Positions 12,251-23,687 of a DNA stretch of 64,000 nt are shown here, piece after piece. The position numbers and the translations under genes were made by a program. The stretch is from Blepharisma stoltei ATCC 30299. Lineage: Eukaryota > Protista > Ciliophora. Location: assembly GCA_965603825.1 (NCBI GenBank), contig CBFDEM010000035.1, forward strand, positions 124,001-188,000. Direction: 5' to 3'. Under the pieces are notes generated by a model. That model was not told where the DNA came from. It made no database searches and was given only the letters and a program-made list of their open reading frames with translations. The stretch's first letter is position 1. Each line of letters begins with the position of its first letter.

Positions 12251-13159
12251 ATGTCTCATTCAAGTACAAAAGCTGAATTCAATATCTATGAAATGAACTA
12301 TTTTAACGAATTACAGAAAAAAGCTAAGACAATTCGTGACGAAATTTACAGCATGAGCCAAGCAGATAATGTAGTTTTTATTTAGTAGAAGTTTTTAGGG
12401 ATGATTCATAAAGACATGATCCAAGCTAGTGAAAATGTAAATTACCTTAAAGAAGAGCTAATGAAATATAAGGTACAAAATACAGAGCTTTCTAATAAAT
12501 ATCAAGAGATGGCTAATAAATATAAGCGATCTCTCCATGAAGAAGTTAAAAAAAGAAAAGAAATTGAAATCGAATTTGCCAATTTCAAAAATAGAGTTTA
12601 TGATGAAAAGAAAAATTATACTTGCAATGATTATTCTGGATACTTAAAAATTGAATCTGATTATATCGCCAACCCAGATTTTTCATTAATTCACGATAGA
12701 AGTTTGAAAGAATTAATATTTAAAGTAGACGAGCTTATTAAATCTTCCAAAAATGCTGACTCTCTAAAATGTATAAAATCATTAATCAAGAACAGCCAGC
12801 TAGATAAAGCTTGTTTATCTTTGATTAATTACTGCGAATCCTTGACAAAAAATAAGCAAAAACCCCAAAATAACAAAATTCAGAGTAAACTGGACAATAT
12901 GGTAACAATAAAGCCAAAAAAAGATTTATCATTGACTTGTCTTGAAAATAAAACAAAAATTGATATCAACAGAGATGCGAAATCTGCATGACCATCCCCT
13001 GCCAAAGACGAATTCGTAGGCCAAGGCTCATATGATGACCGTGTATTATTTGCGAGCCCTGACCCATTTTTAATGGTTCCTACATCTGAGGCATTAAAAA
13101 TTCCGAAATCTATATCAAGAGAAAACCAAATTAAACGAGTAGGTAAGCAACATTTATAA
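12251..13159 (+). CDS. Hypothetical coiled-coil protein (about 296 aa) with one micro-intron
   Basis: ATG 12251 is in frame with ORF 12401. An intron near 12371-12388 removes TAG TAG. TGA 12989 reads through to TAA 13157-13159. Confidence 0.7.
12371..12388 (+). other. Micro-intron with tandem acceptor (GTAGTTTTTATTTAG/TAG)
   Basis: The canonical 15-mer 12371-12385 has A10. Only the distal AG (12388) restores the ORF. Confidence 0.6.
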
Positions 13160-13756
13160 TTATTTTTTACTTCTAACTGACTCTTGAGGCATTTTTCTTT
13201 GTGGTTCAGGAGATCTAGAGCTTTCATCTGTTTTCCTCACTGTTCCTTTTTTCGGTTCTTCAGGCTGGACACGCTTAATTTCTTCTTTAATTTTCCCTTT
13301 TTTCTCATCCTCAATAGGATTTTTCTGTTTTTTATTGTCTTCACGCCTTTCAGGGGATCTATTTTTAGAGTCTTCATAGCTTCTTTCAGGCGATCTGTTT
13401 TTAGCTTTTTTCTCATCTTCTGGAGGCGGTTTTAGCTTTTTTTCGTCTTCAAATCCTTTTCTTTTGGTAGGATCTGAAGGTTTCTTTTTTTCTTCTTCTT
13501 TTGGCTCTTCGCCTTTGACTTTTTTCTCGGGGGTTGATTCTTGTTTGGCTTTTAAGGCTAATTGACGCTGTTTTGCTTTTCATTTCTTTTCAAATTTTAG
13601 CATCATAAGGGCTGAAAATTCATACAGGTCTCCAGTTGGCAAGCCATGCTCACATAAACTTGTGAGAAGATCTAATTAACAATTACACTCATATGCTTGG
13701 ACAAGACCATTTTTTTCTAAGAAATTTATAGCTTTGTTTGCAGGCTTATCTTCCAT
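13160..13756 (-). CDS. 193-aa protein with N-terminal Dpy-30/RIIa-like docking helices and a charged tail with RSPE repeats (missed by track)
   Basis: MEDKPANKAINFLEKNGLVQAYE|YLLTSLCEHGLPTGDLYEFSALMMLK..; open after removal of a 15-nt intron; ends TAA. The domain call is tentative. Confidence 0.8.
13672..13686 (-). other. 15-nt spliceosomal intron
   Basis: GTAATTGTTAATTAG, A10, contains an in-frame TAA. Confidence 0.9.
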
Positions 13757-13990
13757 TTTATAACTGTTTTAAAAACTTGCAGTGATTAATAATAAAATTT
13801 TTATGAGATTCCAATATAGAAAAATAATAAATTTAATAGCCTTAGATTAAAATTTAATTAATTTCCTAGATTTATTAAACCTTTTATATTTTATCTTTCT
13901 TTGCTTACAATATAATTTTACTATAATAAATTACTTTTATCTAATCAATTTGCTGAATTTCTTTAGAATTCTTATTCCATAATATATAAA

Positions 13991-14851
13991 ATGGTTATTT
14001 TCCTATCTCTCTTATTTCCACTTGTTTTATCCTTAGATCCAAAACTCGTGAAATATGCAGTCAACTGCGGAGGTGACTCAATAGTCACCTCCGATGGTGT
14101 TACCTATCGTAAAGACAATGGCTTTTCCTCAGGTATTGCAAGCGACTATGGAAAACAATTCCAGATTCGTCTAACTCGAGATCTAGAAATTTACCAAACA
14201 GAGCGATACGATGAACAAGACTTCACCTACAAAATCCCAATAAAAGAAGAAGGAAATTATGTTCTTATATTGAAATTCTCTGAAGTCTATTTCTCATATC
14301 CATCTGCAAAAATATTTAATGTTAAAATCGGCGACACCTATGTAGTTAAACAATTAGACATTTTTTCAAAAGTAGGCAAAGCAGCAGCCTATGATGAATT
14401 CATAGTAATAAACTATGAAGGTGGAAAAATAAAAATCAACGGAAATGTTGTGGAAAACGCTGTATCACATGATGAGTTGATAATTACTTTTGAAAAAGGG
14501 CAAAAAGACAACCCAAAGGTAAATGCCATTGTTTTGCTGAAAGGAGGACTGGAAGACACACACCAATATGAACAATCTGAATTTCTAGCACAAATTCAAA
14601 GAGAAAGATTAGCACAAAAACAAGCTCAAGAAAAAGTAAAAGAGGTAAAAAGAGAAGAGATAGATGATAGCGATTTTGAAAGCTTAGAACAAGAGGTGCA
14701 TGCTGTAGAAGAGCCTGATTCTTTGTTTTCTGTATTAACTAGTACCCCAGCTTTAGTGATAGTAGGAATTATTGCTTTGCTTGCAGGAGGAGCTATATTT
14801 TCATCGTCTTCTGGAAAACCAGATGACAGTAAAAAAGCCAAAAAAAATTAA
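13991..14851 (+). CDS. MLEC: Malectin (ER glycan-binding type I membrane protein)
   Basis: Signal peptide; YAVNCGG, IYQTERY, LILKFSEVYF, LDIFSKVG, DNPKVNA; C-terminal TM and di-lysine tail. Confidence 0.93.
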   Translation: MVIFLSLLFPLVLSLDPKLVKYAVNCGGDSIVTSDGVTYRKDNGFSSGIASDYGKQFQIRLTRDLEIYQTERYDEQDFTYKIPIKEEGNYVLILKFSEVYFSYPSAKIFNVKIGDTYVVKQLDIFSKVGKAAAYDEFIVINYEGGKIKINGNVVENAVSHDELIITFEKGQKDNPKVNAIVLLKGGLEDTHQYEQSEFLAQIQRERLAQKQAQEKVKEVKREEIDDSDFESLEQEVHAVEEPDSLFSVLTSTPALVIVGIIALLAGGAIFSSSSGKPDDSKKAKKN

Positions 14852-15035
14852 ATTAAGGCATTATTCAAGGATTTTTTAAGATTTAATTTTTAGAATAAAA
14901 AATATTCATTCTGACAATAAAATAAATTTATCAAAATTAATGCGGCAAATTCTAAAATCCAGGCAGAAAAAATCATTAAAAAATCATAGGTTTCGTGGTA
15001 ATAATTTAATTAATTATTTCAATAATCAGTCCTTG

Positions 15036-15368
15036 CTAAATTGACAATTTACTTGTGTCTAATTTAATGAAACTTTCTAAATCTCGACTGCTAAGAAGTA
15101 CAGAGTTTGACACTAAAAACGCCGATTCAAAATCGCTTCTCATAGTAAAAGTATTCGTAGTGAAGGAATCTATTAAAGATTTTGAATTGCAATCTGTTTC
15201 TTCTTTGTAAAAATCAATATTACTTTGAGTGACTTTTCTGGAATAAAGACTGATATCTTCAAACTCCTCGTCACTCGATTTTTTTCTATCTCTCAGCTTT
15301 ATAGCGACATCTACATTAGATATCGCGATTTCTGACTTTTCAAATAAAATCCCTTGGCAACAGCCCAT
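15036..15368 (-). CDS. Small putatively N-myristoylated/palmitoylated protein, 110 aa
   Basis: MGCCQG start, A-rich start context, ends TAG. Confidence 0.7.
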   Translation of the reverse strand: MGCCQGILFEKSEIAISNVDVAIKLRDRKKSSDEEFEDISLYSRKVTQSNIDFYKEETDCNSKSLIDSFTTNTFTMRSDFESAFLVSNSVLLSSRDLESFIKLDTSKLSI

Positions 15369-15401
15369 TATAATTATTTATCAAATCTTGAGTTATAAAA
15401 T

Positions 15402-16571
15402 ATGGAAATCTTACACGTGTTTTTAGTTTTGTTTGCTATATCCCAAGCAGCTCTCTATAATTATGCATCTACAAGTGTCCATATTTTAACTTCCCAAAAT
15501 TTCGACAAACAAGTAACAAGGAGAAGAGACAAATGGGTCAGCGTTATTCATTTTTATAAAGAAAAAGATAGCAGATCTGCTATTCAAGCTGAAGAATTCA
15601 ACCATTTTGCTGATGAGTGGCAAGGCGTTTTTATAGTAGGAGTTGTTAACTGTGATACTCATTATGAACTTTGTGAATCACAAGACATCAGAGAAGTCCC
15701 TGCAATTAAAGTCTACCCTCCTTTCCCAGCACCAGTTGGTCTTTATGAAGGAGAAGCTACCTCTAAAGCTATCAGTGCTTATGCTGCCAAATTTATCCCA
15801 TCTAAAGTCATTGAGCTAAGCAACGAAAATTATCAAACATTTTTAGAAGACAAGCCAGCAGTCCCAAAAGTGCTACTTTTTACTGAAAAATCGTCAGTCC
15901 CAACTCTTTATAAAGCCTTGAGTGTTGCTTTTGAAGCGAAAATGTTTTTTGGGATTGTGAGACAGGAAGATACTGAGGCAATCAAAAAATTCAAAATTAA
16001 GCAATTTCCGAAAATAATTTTGTATAAGACTGTGGATGCCAAAACAACTGAATATAAAGGAGATATCAAGTATAGATCTATATTTGAATGGCTAAATGTG
16101 CATTCAGAAACTTTTGTCCATGGAGGAGCTGAAGAGAGTTCAAGCACGAAGTCGTGGATTGTTGAAGCAGTGCCTCAGTTGCATAGGCTGTCTGCTGATG
16201 ATATTTGTTATAAACAAGAAGGGTTATGCGGAATATTTTTCTTAGATTCCCCTCCAACTGATTCACTGATAAATATTGCAAAAGATACGACCAATATTAT
16301 AGGGAAAAATAAAGATAGAGGGGTTACTGTAAAATTCATGTGGGTTGATCTTAGTGCTGATAAAGATTTTTCAAGTAAATTCGAAGGAATTGGGGCTGAT
16401 AAATTGGTGTTTTTGAAATATGGTAAAAGAAGCCGATATGTGCTTCATAATGGAGACAACACAATAGCTGCTATAGAAGCGACAATCAATAAGATTGAAT
16501 CAGGAGATGGAAAGTTCATAAACATCAAAGGAAGCTTTCCAGATCTTTCATTCCCTAAATCAAATAAGTAA
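15402..16571 (+). CDS. Secretory-pathway thioredoxin-fold (PDI-like, redox-inactive) protein
   Basis: Signal peptide; LTSQNFDKQV, VGVVNCD..LC..IREVPAIKVY, KFKIKQFPKIILY; no CxxC. Confidence 0.85.
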   Translation: MEILHVFLVLFAISQAALYNYASTSVHILTSQNFDKQVTRRRDKWVSVIHFYKEKDSRSAIQAEEFNHFADEWQGVFIVGVVNCDTHYELCESQDIREVPAIKVYPPFPAPVGLYEGEATSKAISAYAAKFIPSKVIELSNENYQTFLEDKPAVPKVLLFTEKSSVPTLYKALSVAFEAKMFFGIVRQEDTEAIKKFKIKQFPKIILYKTVDAKTTEYKGDIKYRSIFEWLNVHSETFVHGGAEESSSTKSWIVEAVPQLHRLSADDICYKQEGLCGIFFLDSPPTDSLINIAKDTTNIIGKNKDRGVTVKFMWVDLSADKDFSSKFEGIGADKLVFLKYGKRSRYVLHNGDNTIAAIEATINKIESGDGKFINIKGSFPDLSFPKSNK

Positions 16572-16980
16572 ATTATATCAATTTATCTTAAATCATTGAA
16601 ATAAATATAGCCAGATTACTGCACATAAAAATAAAAGTTTCCATTTCAGGTAATAATGTCAGAAATATAAAAATTTAATTGCTTTTGCTTTATTTTAATA
16701 TTTCGTTCTTTTCTATGAAGACTTATAGAGCAGTACTGATAACTTATGCTTTCAAGTTGATAAAATAGCTCTTCTTTATATCATTGATAATAAATTAGAT
16801 TTATTCGTATCTTGCTGAAAATTCCTTGAATTTAAATAAGATAACGATTTTTAAACAATAAATTATAATTTTTGGGATAAGGTAAACTTTACTATGAAAA
16901 AATAATTCTAAAAATATATGAAATGTTAAGCCCATTTTGCTTAGAGGCCATTTAAGAACCAATAATTAAACTAACCAAAA

Positions 16981-17599
16981 ATGGTTGAATGCTTTGACGA
17001 ATACTTGGGATCTGAATGCACAAGCGCTTTCGATTTCATGTTTGAGTCAATGCAATCCGAATTAATTCATCATAATGAACGTAAGGTATCGTTTGTTGAC
17101 TTATTAAGTTACTCATACCCTCATCATATAGATGTAAATTTCTATTTAGATGCCCAGTATTGAATCATTACCTGATCATTTTGATGAACAAGCCCTCACG
17201 CAATCATTTAGTACTCAAGATGATTGTGAAGTCGCTATAAATCCTTTGATTTATGAAGTCTATGAGACCCAAATCCAAAAACAAAAGAAAAGGAAACCGG
17301 CCGTTTCTAAAGAGACGATTGTTGTCATTCAACGGCCTGTCGAGCTAACTCCAGACCATATAATTGGGACAATTACACTTGAAGAACGCCGGAAAAAGAT
17401 CAAAAAATATCTTGAAAAAAGACAGCGAAGGACTTGGAATAAAAAAATCTCATATGACTGTCGAAAACGAGTTGCAGATAATCGACTGAGAATCAAAGGA
17501 AGATTTGTAACAAAGGAGCAAGCTATTGCGATCCTTGGGATTGACCATCCAGCTGTACAAAATTTGTTGGCTATGGAAAGAGAAAGCCAGAATAATTAG
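16981..17599 (+). CDS. CCT-domain protein, 200 aa
   Basis: Two track ORFs join via a 16-nt intron. ERRKKIKKYLEKRQRRTWNKKISYDCRKRVADNRLRIKGRFV is a CCT motif. Confidence 0.9.
17134..17149 (+). other. 16-nt intron
   Basis: GTAAATTTCTATTTAG, A11; removal joins the two frames exactly. Confidence 0.88.
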
Positions 17600-17715
17600 A
17601 TATAGCATGGTAATTTAAGAAAATATTTATAGTGAAATTTCTTTGTAAATAATTTAAACAGCTTAATGCTTATTTTTATATTAAAAAGTCAAGTTTATAA
17701 AAAGATTTGTATTAT

Positions 17716-19077
17716 TTATTTCTTGGCTCCTCCTTTGGCTTTCTTTTCTCCTGGGGCAGCAGTTCTGGTTTGTCCTTCAGCGAGTTTGGTGACTTCTTTG
17801 ATGATACCGACTGCTACGGTTTGTCTCATATCTCTGACGGCGAATCTTCCAAGTGGTGGGTATTCTGTGAATGGTTCAACACACATGGATTTGGTTGGGA
17901 TCAAAGTAACAATTGCAGCGTCTCCAGATTTGACGAATTTAGGTTCTTGTTCAAGGACTGCTCCAGATCTTCTGTCGACTTTTTGTTTAAGGTCGTTGAA
18001 TCTGCAAGCAATGTGAGCAGTGTGGCAATCAAGGACTGGGGTGTAGCCGACTGAGATTTGGCCAGGGTGGTTTAAGATGATGACTTGGGCAGTGAAGTCA
18101 ATGCTTTCTCTGGCTGGGTCTGATCTAGAGTCTGAGGCAACGTATCCTCTCTTGATTTGGTTGACTGCAATGTTCTTGATGTTGAAACCAACGTTGTCAC
18201 CTGGTAAGGCTTCTTCGAGGGATTCGTGGTGCATTTCAACAGACTTGACTTCAGTTGAAATTCCTGATGGGGCGAAAACAATGACTGTGCCTGGTTTAAG
18301 GATTCCAGTTTCAACTCTGCCGACTGGGACTGTTCCAATACCTGAAATCTTGTAGACGTCTTGGACTGGAAGTCTGAGTGGTTTGTCAACGTGTCTCTTA
18401 GGTGGTTGGACGTTATCAAGAGCTCCAAGAAGAGTTGGTCCATCATACCAAGGCATGTTAGTTGATTTCTCAACCATGTTGTCACCTAACCAACCTGAAA
18501 TTGGGATGAAAGGTACTTTGGCTGGGTTGTAGCCGACTTTCTTGAGGTATTCTGAGACTTCTTGTTTGATTTCAAGATATCTGTCTTGTTTCCATTCAAC
18601 AGACTTGTCGTCCATCTTGTTGACTCCGACAACCATCTGTTTGACTCCAAGAGTGAAGGCAAGAAGGGCGTGTTCTCTGGTTTGTCCGTTCTTTGAGTAT
18701 CCGGCTTCGAATTCTCCTTTTCCTGCTGCAATGATGAGGATGGCGACATCAGCTTGTGAAGTTCCTGTGATCATGTTCTTGATGAAATCTCTGTGGCCAG
18801 GGGCGTCAATGATTGTGAAGTAGAACTTGTCGGTTTGGAACTTGAACAAGGAGATATCAATGGTGATACCTCTTTCTCTTTCAGCCTTAAGCTTATCGAG
18901 AACCCAAGCGTATTTGAAGGAGGACTTTCCCATTTCGTTAGCTTCCTTCTCATACTTCTCAATGGTTCTTTTATCGATACCACCGCACTTATAGATAAGG
19001 TGTCCGCAAGAAGTGGACTTTCCAGAATCGACGTGACCAATAACGACGAGGTTTACGTGGACCTTTTCCTTACCCAT
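17716..19077 (-). CDS. EEF1A: Translation elongation factor 1-alpha
   Basis: [48 protein letters not shown]; strong codon bias. Confidence 0.99.
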   Translation of the reverse strand: MGKEKVHVNLVVIGHVDSGKSTSCGHLIYKCGGIDKRTIEKYEKEANEMGKSSFKYAWVLDKLKAERERGITIDISLFKFQTDKFYFTIIDAPGHRDFIKNMITGTSQADVAILIIAAGKGEFEAGYSKNGQTREHALLAFTLGVKQMVVGVNKMDDKSVEWKQDRYLEIKQEVSEYLKKVGYNPAKVPFIPISGWLGDNMVEKSTNMPWYDGPTLLGALDNVQPPKRHVDKPLRLPVQDVYKISGIGTVPVGRVETGILKPGTVIVFAPSGISTEVKSVEMHHESLEEALPGDNVGFNIKNIAVNQIKRGYVASDSRSDPARESIDFTAQVIILNHPGQISVGYTPVLDCHTAHIACRFNDLKQKVDRRSGAVLEQEPKFVKSGDAAIVTLIPTKSMCVEPFTEYPPLGRFAVRDMRQTVAVGIIKEVTKLAEGQTRTAAPGEKKAKGGAKK

Positions 19078-19656
19078 ATTTTACAAAGTAAGCTTTACTT
19101 TTGCCTTTTTATCTTAAAATAAGCCAATCAGATTTCAGCTGTGAAAAGTTTTAATTTAGTGTCATTTTTAAAAGATTTCACACTTAAGACGAGAAAATGG
19201 TGAAGCAGGGAGAAGCCTTGACATTTAATATTTCGAAATGAGGCTGAAGAGAGGAGAGAAAGGAAGAAATAAATGATAAGAAATGATAATTAAAATTAAT
19301 GAAGAATTTTGCTGAATTTTGAGAAAAAAGAATATTTTTTATTGTGGTTTGGGAAGGATTTTAGGAAAATAAGGAGATGAGGATGACTTGAAAATGAGGG
19401 AATAAAGGAGAAGAGAAATTGCAAAAGGTATAAAAGTGTGTGATTTTTAATATAATTTGGATAATAATACCTAATAAGAAATATTTGTTAAAATTTAATT
19501 AATTAAATACACTTTTTGATTGAAAAGCAATTATTTCATTCTTGAAATTAAAATTGGCAATAAAACTAAGCTCTTTTCTTTAAAAACTTGAAATTTCCTG
19601 AATTGGTATATCAATTACTCACATAAAGCCATTAATTAGACTTCTTTATACAAAAT
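19078..19656. promoter_or_regulatory. Divergent promoter region between EF-1alpha and RPS30
   Basis: Head-to-head genes. AGCCAATCAG at about 19122, ATTGG at about 19553 and 19602, and a purine-rich tract at 19240-19440. Confidence 0.45.
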
Positions 19657-19848
19657 ATGGGAAAGGTGCACGGTGGCTTAGCCAGATCAGGAAAGGTTAG
19701 AAACCAAACCCCTAAAGTTGCAAAGCAAGAAAGACGCAAGAAAATCTTACAAGGCAGAGCCAAGAAAAGAAACCTCTATAACAGAAGATTCCTTAACATA
19801 GTCTCCGGCCCAGGCAAGAAGAAGGGACCAAATGCTCAATCCAAGTAA
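19657..19848 (+). CDS. RPS30: 40S ribosomal protein S30 (eS30)
   Basis: [31 protein letters not shown]. Confidence 0.98.
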   Translation: MGKVHGGLARSGKVRNQTPKVAKQERRKKILQGRAKKRNLYNRRFLNIVSGPGKKKGPNAQSK

Positions 19849-20118
19849 GACTATAGTTAAACAATTCTATCCTAATTCGTTTTTTGGTCAAATTTAACGT
19901 TTTTGCAGTAAATCACTAATATTCCAAAACTTAATAGACAGGAATGGGAAAAGATCAACTCGCAAATTTCTTTTTATTTCGTTTTAGCTGATTATCTAAT
20001 TCTAAATCTTTATTTTTCAAAATTAAGCTAATTTGTGAAGAAATCTGCTATTTAAATATTATAAATATAAATAATTTTGAATTTTTTATGAATTTTTTAA
20101 GAAGTGTTTAATATATAA

Positions 20119-21453
20119 TTATTGCTCAGAATAATTCCTATGCGCAGCAAATGCATCAATTGCTTCAGTTAGTCTACCAACTTCTAAGTCTCTTTGATTT
20201 AATAGCTCGATTTTCATCTTGGCGAACTGCCTCCTTTCCAGCTTATCCTGCTGCTCCTTTTCTATGAAACTTTGCAGCTGTTTTTTCAGGTCTAAGTTTT
20301 CTGATTTCAGCCTTTGTATTGTGATTTGGATTTCTGTTGTTTTTGATGCCTCTTCTTCGCTATCTTTTAAGTATTTATTTAATCGAGACTGAATTCTTTC
20401 ACATTCCTCTTCCTTGTGGGTTAAATCTTCAGTTAAAGAAGAAATAGCTAAATCGTCTTCTTTTTTTCTCATTCTTAGCTCTATGATTGTGTTTTCTTGT
20501 CTTTTTATTAAATCCATAGCACAGCTGAGCTCATTGTGTAGAGAATTGAACTCTTCTTCAATTTGATACTGGTTTTGGCTTTTATTTTCTCGTAAACTTT
20601 CTAATTCTTTTTCTTTTTCTGCTAGTAAAGCTCGTAATTCTTCATTTTTTTTCTTTTCTTTTATTAATGCTGGCTCAATATCTTCTTTTTGATGCAGCTT
20701 TGTATCAGCAATTTCTACTTTTTCTCTGAGTTCATTAATTTTGGACTCTAGCAGGCCTTTTTCATGCCCCAGCTCTGCAACTTGATCTTTTAGCATCCTC
20801 TCAAATGCTTTCCAAGCTTTAATCTGCTCATTGGCCTGCTTATCTTTTTCTTTTCCAGCAATAATTTCTGCTTCACATTTTTCCTCAGCCAATTTCAGCT
20901 GTTTTTTCGCTTTTTCATTTTCATAAGCTAAAAACGAAATTTCTTCATCTTTAGCTTTATTTTGGTTTTTTAAATTTCTTATTTCTTTGCTCCTATCATC
21001 TCTTTCTTTCATCACTACACTTTGTAGCTCATTTAATGAATATTCATATTCCTCTACTTGTTTTCTCATAGCTTGTTTAAGTTCTTCATTTTCTTCTTCT
21101 TTATTCCTTAATTCTTCAGTTAATTTGTTGATTTGTCCCGCCATTCGTTGAATTTCGCCTTTGCTTCCTTTTAGATTTTTTATTTCTTCTTCAAGCTCAC
21201 GGATTTTTTTGACTTTTTTGTCGAGGTCTCTGCTGAAAGCTTCAATTTTTTCTCGCTGTTGACGGAGACCTTGGATGTATTTTTCTTCTTCTTGCATTTC
21301 TCGGATTTCTAGAGTTCGAACTGAGTCATAGCCGGAATCTTGGAGTTGAGAGTAAGGAGATGGGGAATATACAGGGTAAGCGTCTGGAGTAGAAAAACCT
21401 GAGGGTTTGAGCTTCTCAGTGGACTTATCGGTGTCTTTTGAGTAAAATGCCAT
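20119..21453 (-). CDS. Coiled-coil protein, 444 aa
   Basis: Long ORF with E/K/Q-rich heptads. Confidence 0.85.
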   Translation of the reverse strand: MAFYSKDTDKSTEKLKPSGFSTPDAYPVYSPSPYSQLQDSGYDSVRTLEIREMQEEEKYIQGLRQQREKIEAFSRDLDKKVKKIRELEEEIKNLKGSKGEIQRMAGQINKLTEELRNKEEENEELKQAMRKQVEEYEYSLNELQSVVMKERDDRSKEIRNLKNQNKAKDEEISFLAYENEKAKKQLKLAEEKCEAEIIAGKEKDKQANEQIKAWKAFERMLKDQVAELGHEKGLLESKINELREKVEIADTKLHQKEDIEPALIKEKKKNEELRALLAEKEKELESLRENKSQNQYQIEEEFNSLHNELSCAMDLIKRQENTIIELRMRKKEDDLAISSLTEDLTHKEEECERIQSRLNKYLKDSEEEASKTTEIQITIQRLKSENLDLKKQLQSFIEKEQQDKLERRQFAKMKIELLNQRDLEVGRLTEAIDAFAAHRNYSEQ

Positions 21454-21609
21454 AATTTAAGTTAAATAATAATTATTTGAATATAAATTTGCTATATTAT
21501 TTAATTTGTTTTAATTATTGCTTCTCATTTATTAATTATTTTTAATGTATTTGAGTCAATGAGGATGAAATTTTTCAATAAAAATATTGTTAAATTTTGA
21601 AGGATTCAT

Positions 21610-22095
21610 CTAAATAAATATCTGATGTAGAGCGTTTGGATTCAATTGCCTTAATTGGCGTTCAAATCCAGGATTTGGACTAATGCATGCCCTTCTGCTT
21701 CTAGCGATCTCTAATGCTTCTTCAAATAGAATTGCATGTTTTCCTATCAAGTATGCAACTATAATACTTCCACTACGTGACGCTCCAGCATCACAATGCA
21801 CAAATACCCTTTGATTTGTTGATATTGCATCAGCAATAAAGCCAAGCGCATCTGGAATAACTTGGCTTAAATCATTATAAGGGGAATCTCCAAGTACTAT
21901 GCAATGATATATAAAATCATTAGGAAATAGTGGCGAAGCGTCTATGCTTTGGATTTGCAGTATTCTTTTGATATTGTGGCTTTTAAGGAGCTCTAAATCT
22001 TGAGACCCAGCTCGGTTTCCAATATAAACAATGCTATCAACTTGGCTGATTGGTGAGAAAAGAGCATTTAACATATCTTCTTCGCTGATAGACAT
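21610..22095 (-). CDS. Atypical dual-specificity phosphatase
   Basis: VYIG, VFVHCDAGASRS, AYL, SPNPGFERQL. Confidence 0.95.
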   Translation of the reverse strand: MSISEEDMLNALFSPISQVDSIVYIGNRAGSQDLELLKSHNIKRILQIQSIDASPLFPNDFIYHCIVLGDSPYNDLSQVIPDALGFIADAISTNQRVFVHCDAGASRSGSIIVAYLIGKHAILFEEALEIARSRRACISPNPGFERQLRQLNPNALHQIFI

Positions 22096-22634
22096 ATTTA
22101 ATTATCTGATATATACTTTCAATGAGACAGAAAAAAATCATTAATAAAGAGTTTTAAATGGAAAGCATCAGACGAATATATCAAATTTCTCAGTTAAATT
22201 AAAAGTTTGCATTTTTAATGCCAAGAGACAGCCTTTTTTCACTTTTCATCTATTAGATTAGTGTAGTTTTAAATTTTACTATTACAAGATAATATAATTA
22301 TTGTAATCTCAAAAATACTTTGACTATATAAATGAAATTCAGTAAATTAATTTACATATTTTTAAATTTTTAAGCTCAGTAAGTTTAAATTCGAAATGAA
22401 TAACCCAATAGTTGTTACTGATCTTTGAAGCTGAATGCTAAACATTTAAAGAATCTTATTTCTGAGCTTTGTTTCTAGCTGTAATTTTAATTTTTTTGGA
22501 TATAAATTTAGTCAACAGTAGTGAAATGTTTTATACGTATAAGATACTGACTGAAAAATTCTAAACTATTAGAAGCTATATCTTCAATAATATCTATTAC
22601 TTAACTTCTCCTCTTGCTACTTAATTCAAAAATC

Positions 22635-23138
22635 TTAAAAAAAATACTGGCTTAGTTGACTTGGACTCAATTGCTTGAGCTGGCTCACAAACCCAGGATT
22701 CGGTCACACACATGCCCTTCCCTTCCTTGCAAGTTTCAGCCCTTCGTCAAATGAAATTCCAAGCCTCCCCATCAAATACGCAATTACAATGCTTCCGCTA
22801 CGCGAAGCTCCAGCATCGCAGTGTACGAAGACCTTCTGATTTGCCTTTATCGCATCTGCAATAAACCTAAGCGCATCTGGAATGTGTCGACTTATGTCAT
22901 TATCAGGTAAATCCCCGATTACTATGCAGTGATAAATAAAATCATTAGGGAACAACGGCGGAACATCTCAGCTTTGTATTTGCAGTATTCGTTTGATCTC
23001 AGTACTTTTCAGGATCCTTAAATCTTGAGCTCCAGCTCTATTTCCCATATAAACAATGTCGTCTATTTGACTGATTGGTGATCTGAGAGCTTTTAATACG
23101 TCTATTGGGTTGCTTTCTTGTATAAGTTCTTCAGACAT
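22635..23138 (-). CDS. Atypical dual-specificity phosphatase, tandem paralog, 167 aa
   Basis: ATG 23138 to TAA 22635 through TGA at 22968 and 22704; HCDAGASRS; CV[W]PNPGFVSQL. Confidence 0.92.
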
Positions 23139-23687
23139 TTTTTAACTATTTTTATTTTTATCTGATGTATATATTCAACATGAGAATTTAAATGACAGAG
23201 GAAGTGGGGAGACAGGAAGGGGTGGCTTGGGATGTGGAGATATTGGTATATTTTTAAAATTTCTGAGGGGAGAGATGTGGGTTTTGAGATAGAAATTAAA
23301 ATAAAAAAACCAGTCAGTTTCATAATAAAATGCACAGAAAGTTATAATGGGAAATTAAAATTTGGTTTTGCATATTAATTTAGGTTTAAGAAGAACCGGT
23401 GATTGCATTTAATCTTCTGAAGATTTGATTTTATAAGATGTTAATTTGCAATTAAATTAAAGTTAGCTTTTAAACTGAACTAAAATTAAAAATAATTAAC
23501 TAAGCTTATTAAAATATTTTTCAGGAATTTTTCAAGTTCTTAATGAATTGACTATTTATGATATTTCATAATCATAATTAAGCACTATTTAATTAAAATT
23601 CATAAGTAAAATACAAATAATCTTAACTTTTGCACACTCAATTAGCAATAAGTTTTTAACAGTTTATAATAAAAAATTCTTATAATA

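Noticed and set aside
12880-13227. 115-aa minus-strand ORF overlapping two genes
   Set aside because: It is an alternative frame of the 13160-13756 gene running antisense into the 12251 gene. The charged RSPE frame is the coherent one.
17666-19122. Multiple overlapping and antisense ORFs on EF-1alpha
   Set aside because: They are shadows of strong codon bias with no protein motifs. The same applies to those on SERCA, lysozyme and 11045-11653.
19657-19848. RPS30 lacking a ubiquitin-like fusion
   Set aside because: This is the normal state outside animals.
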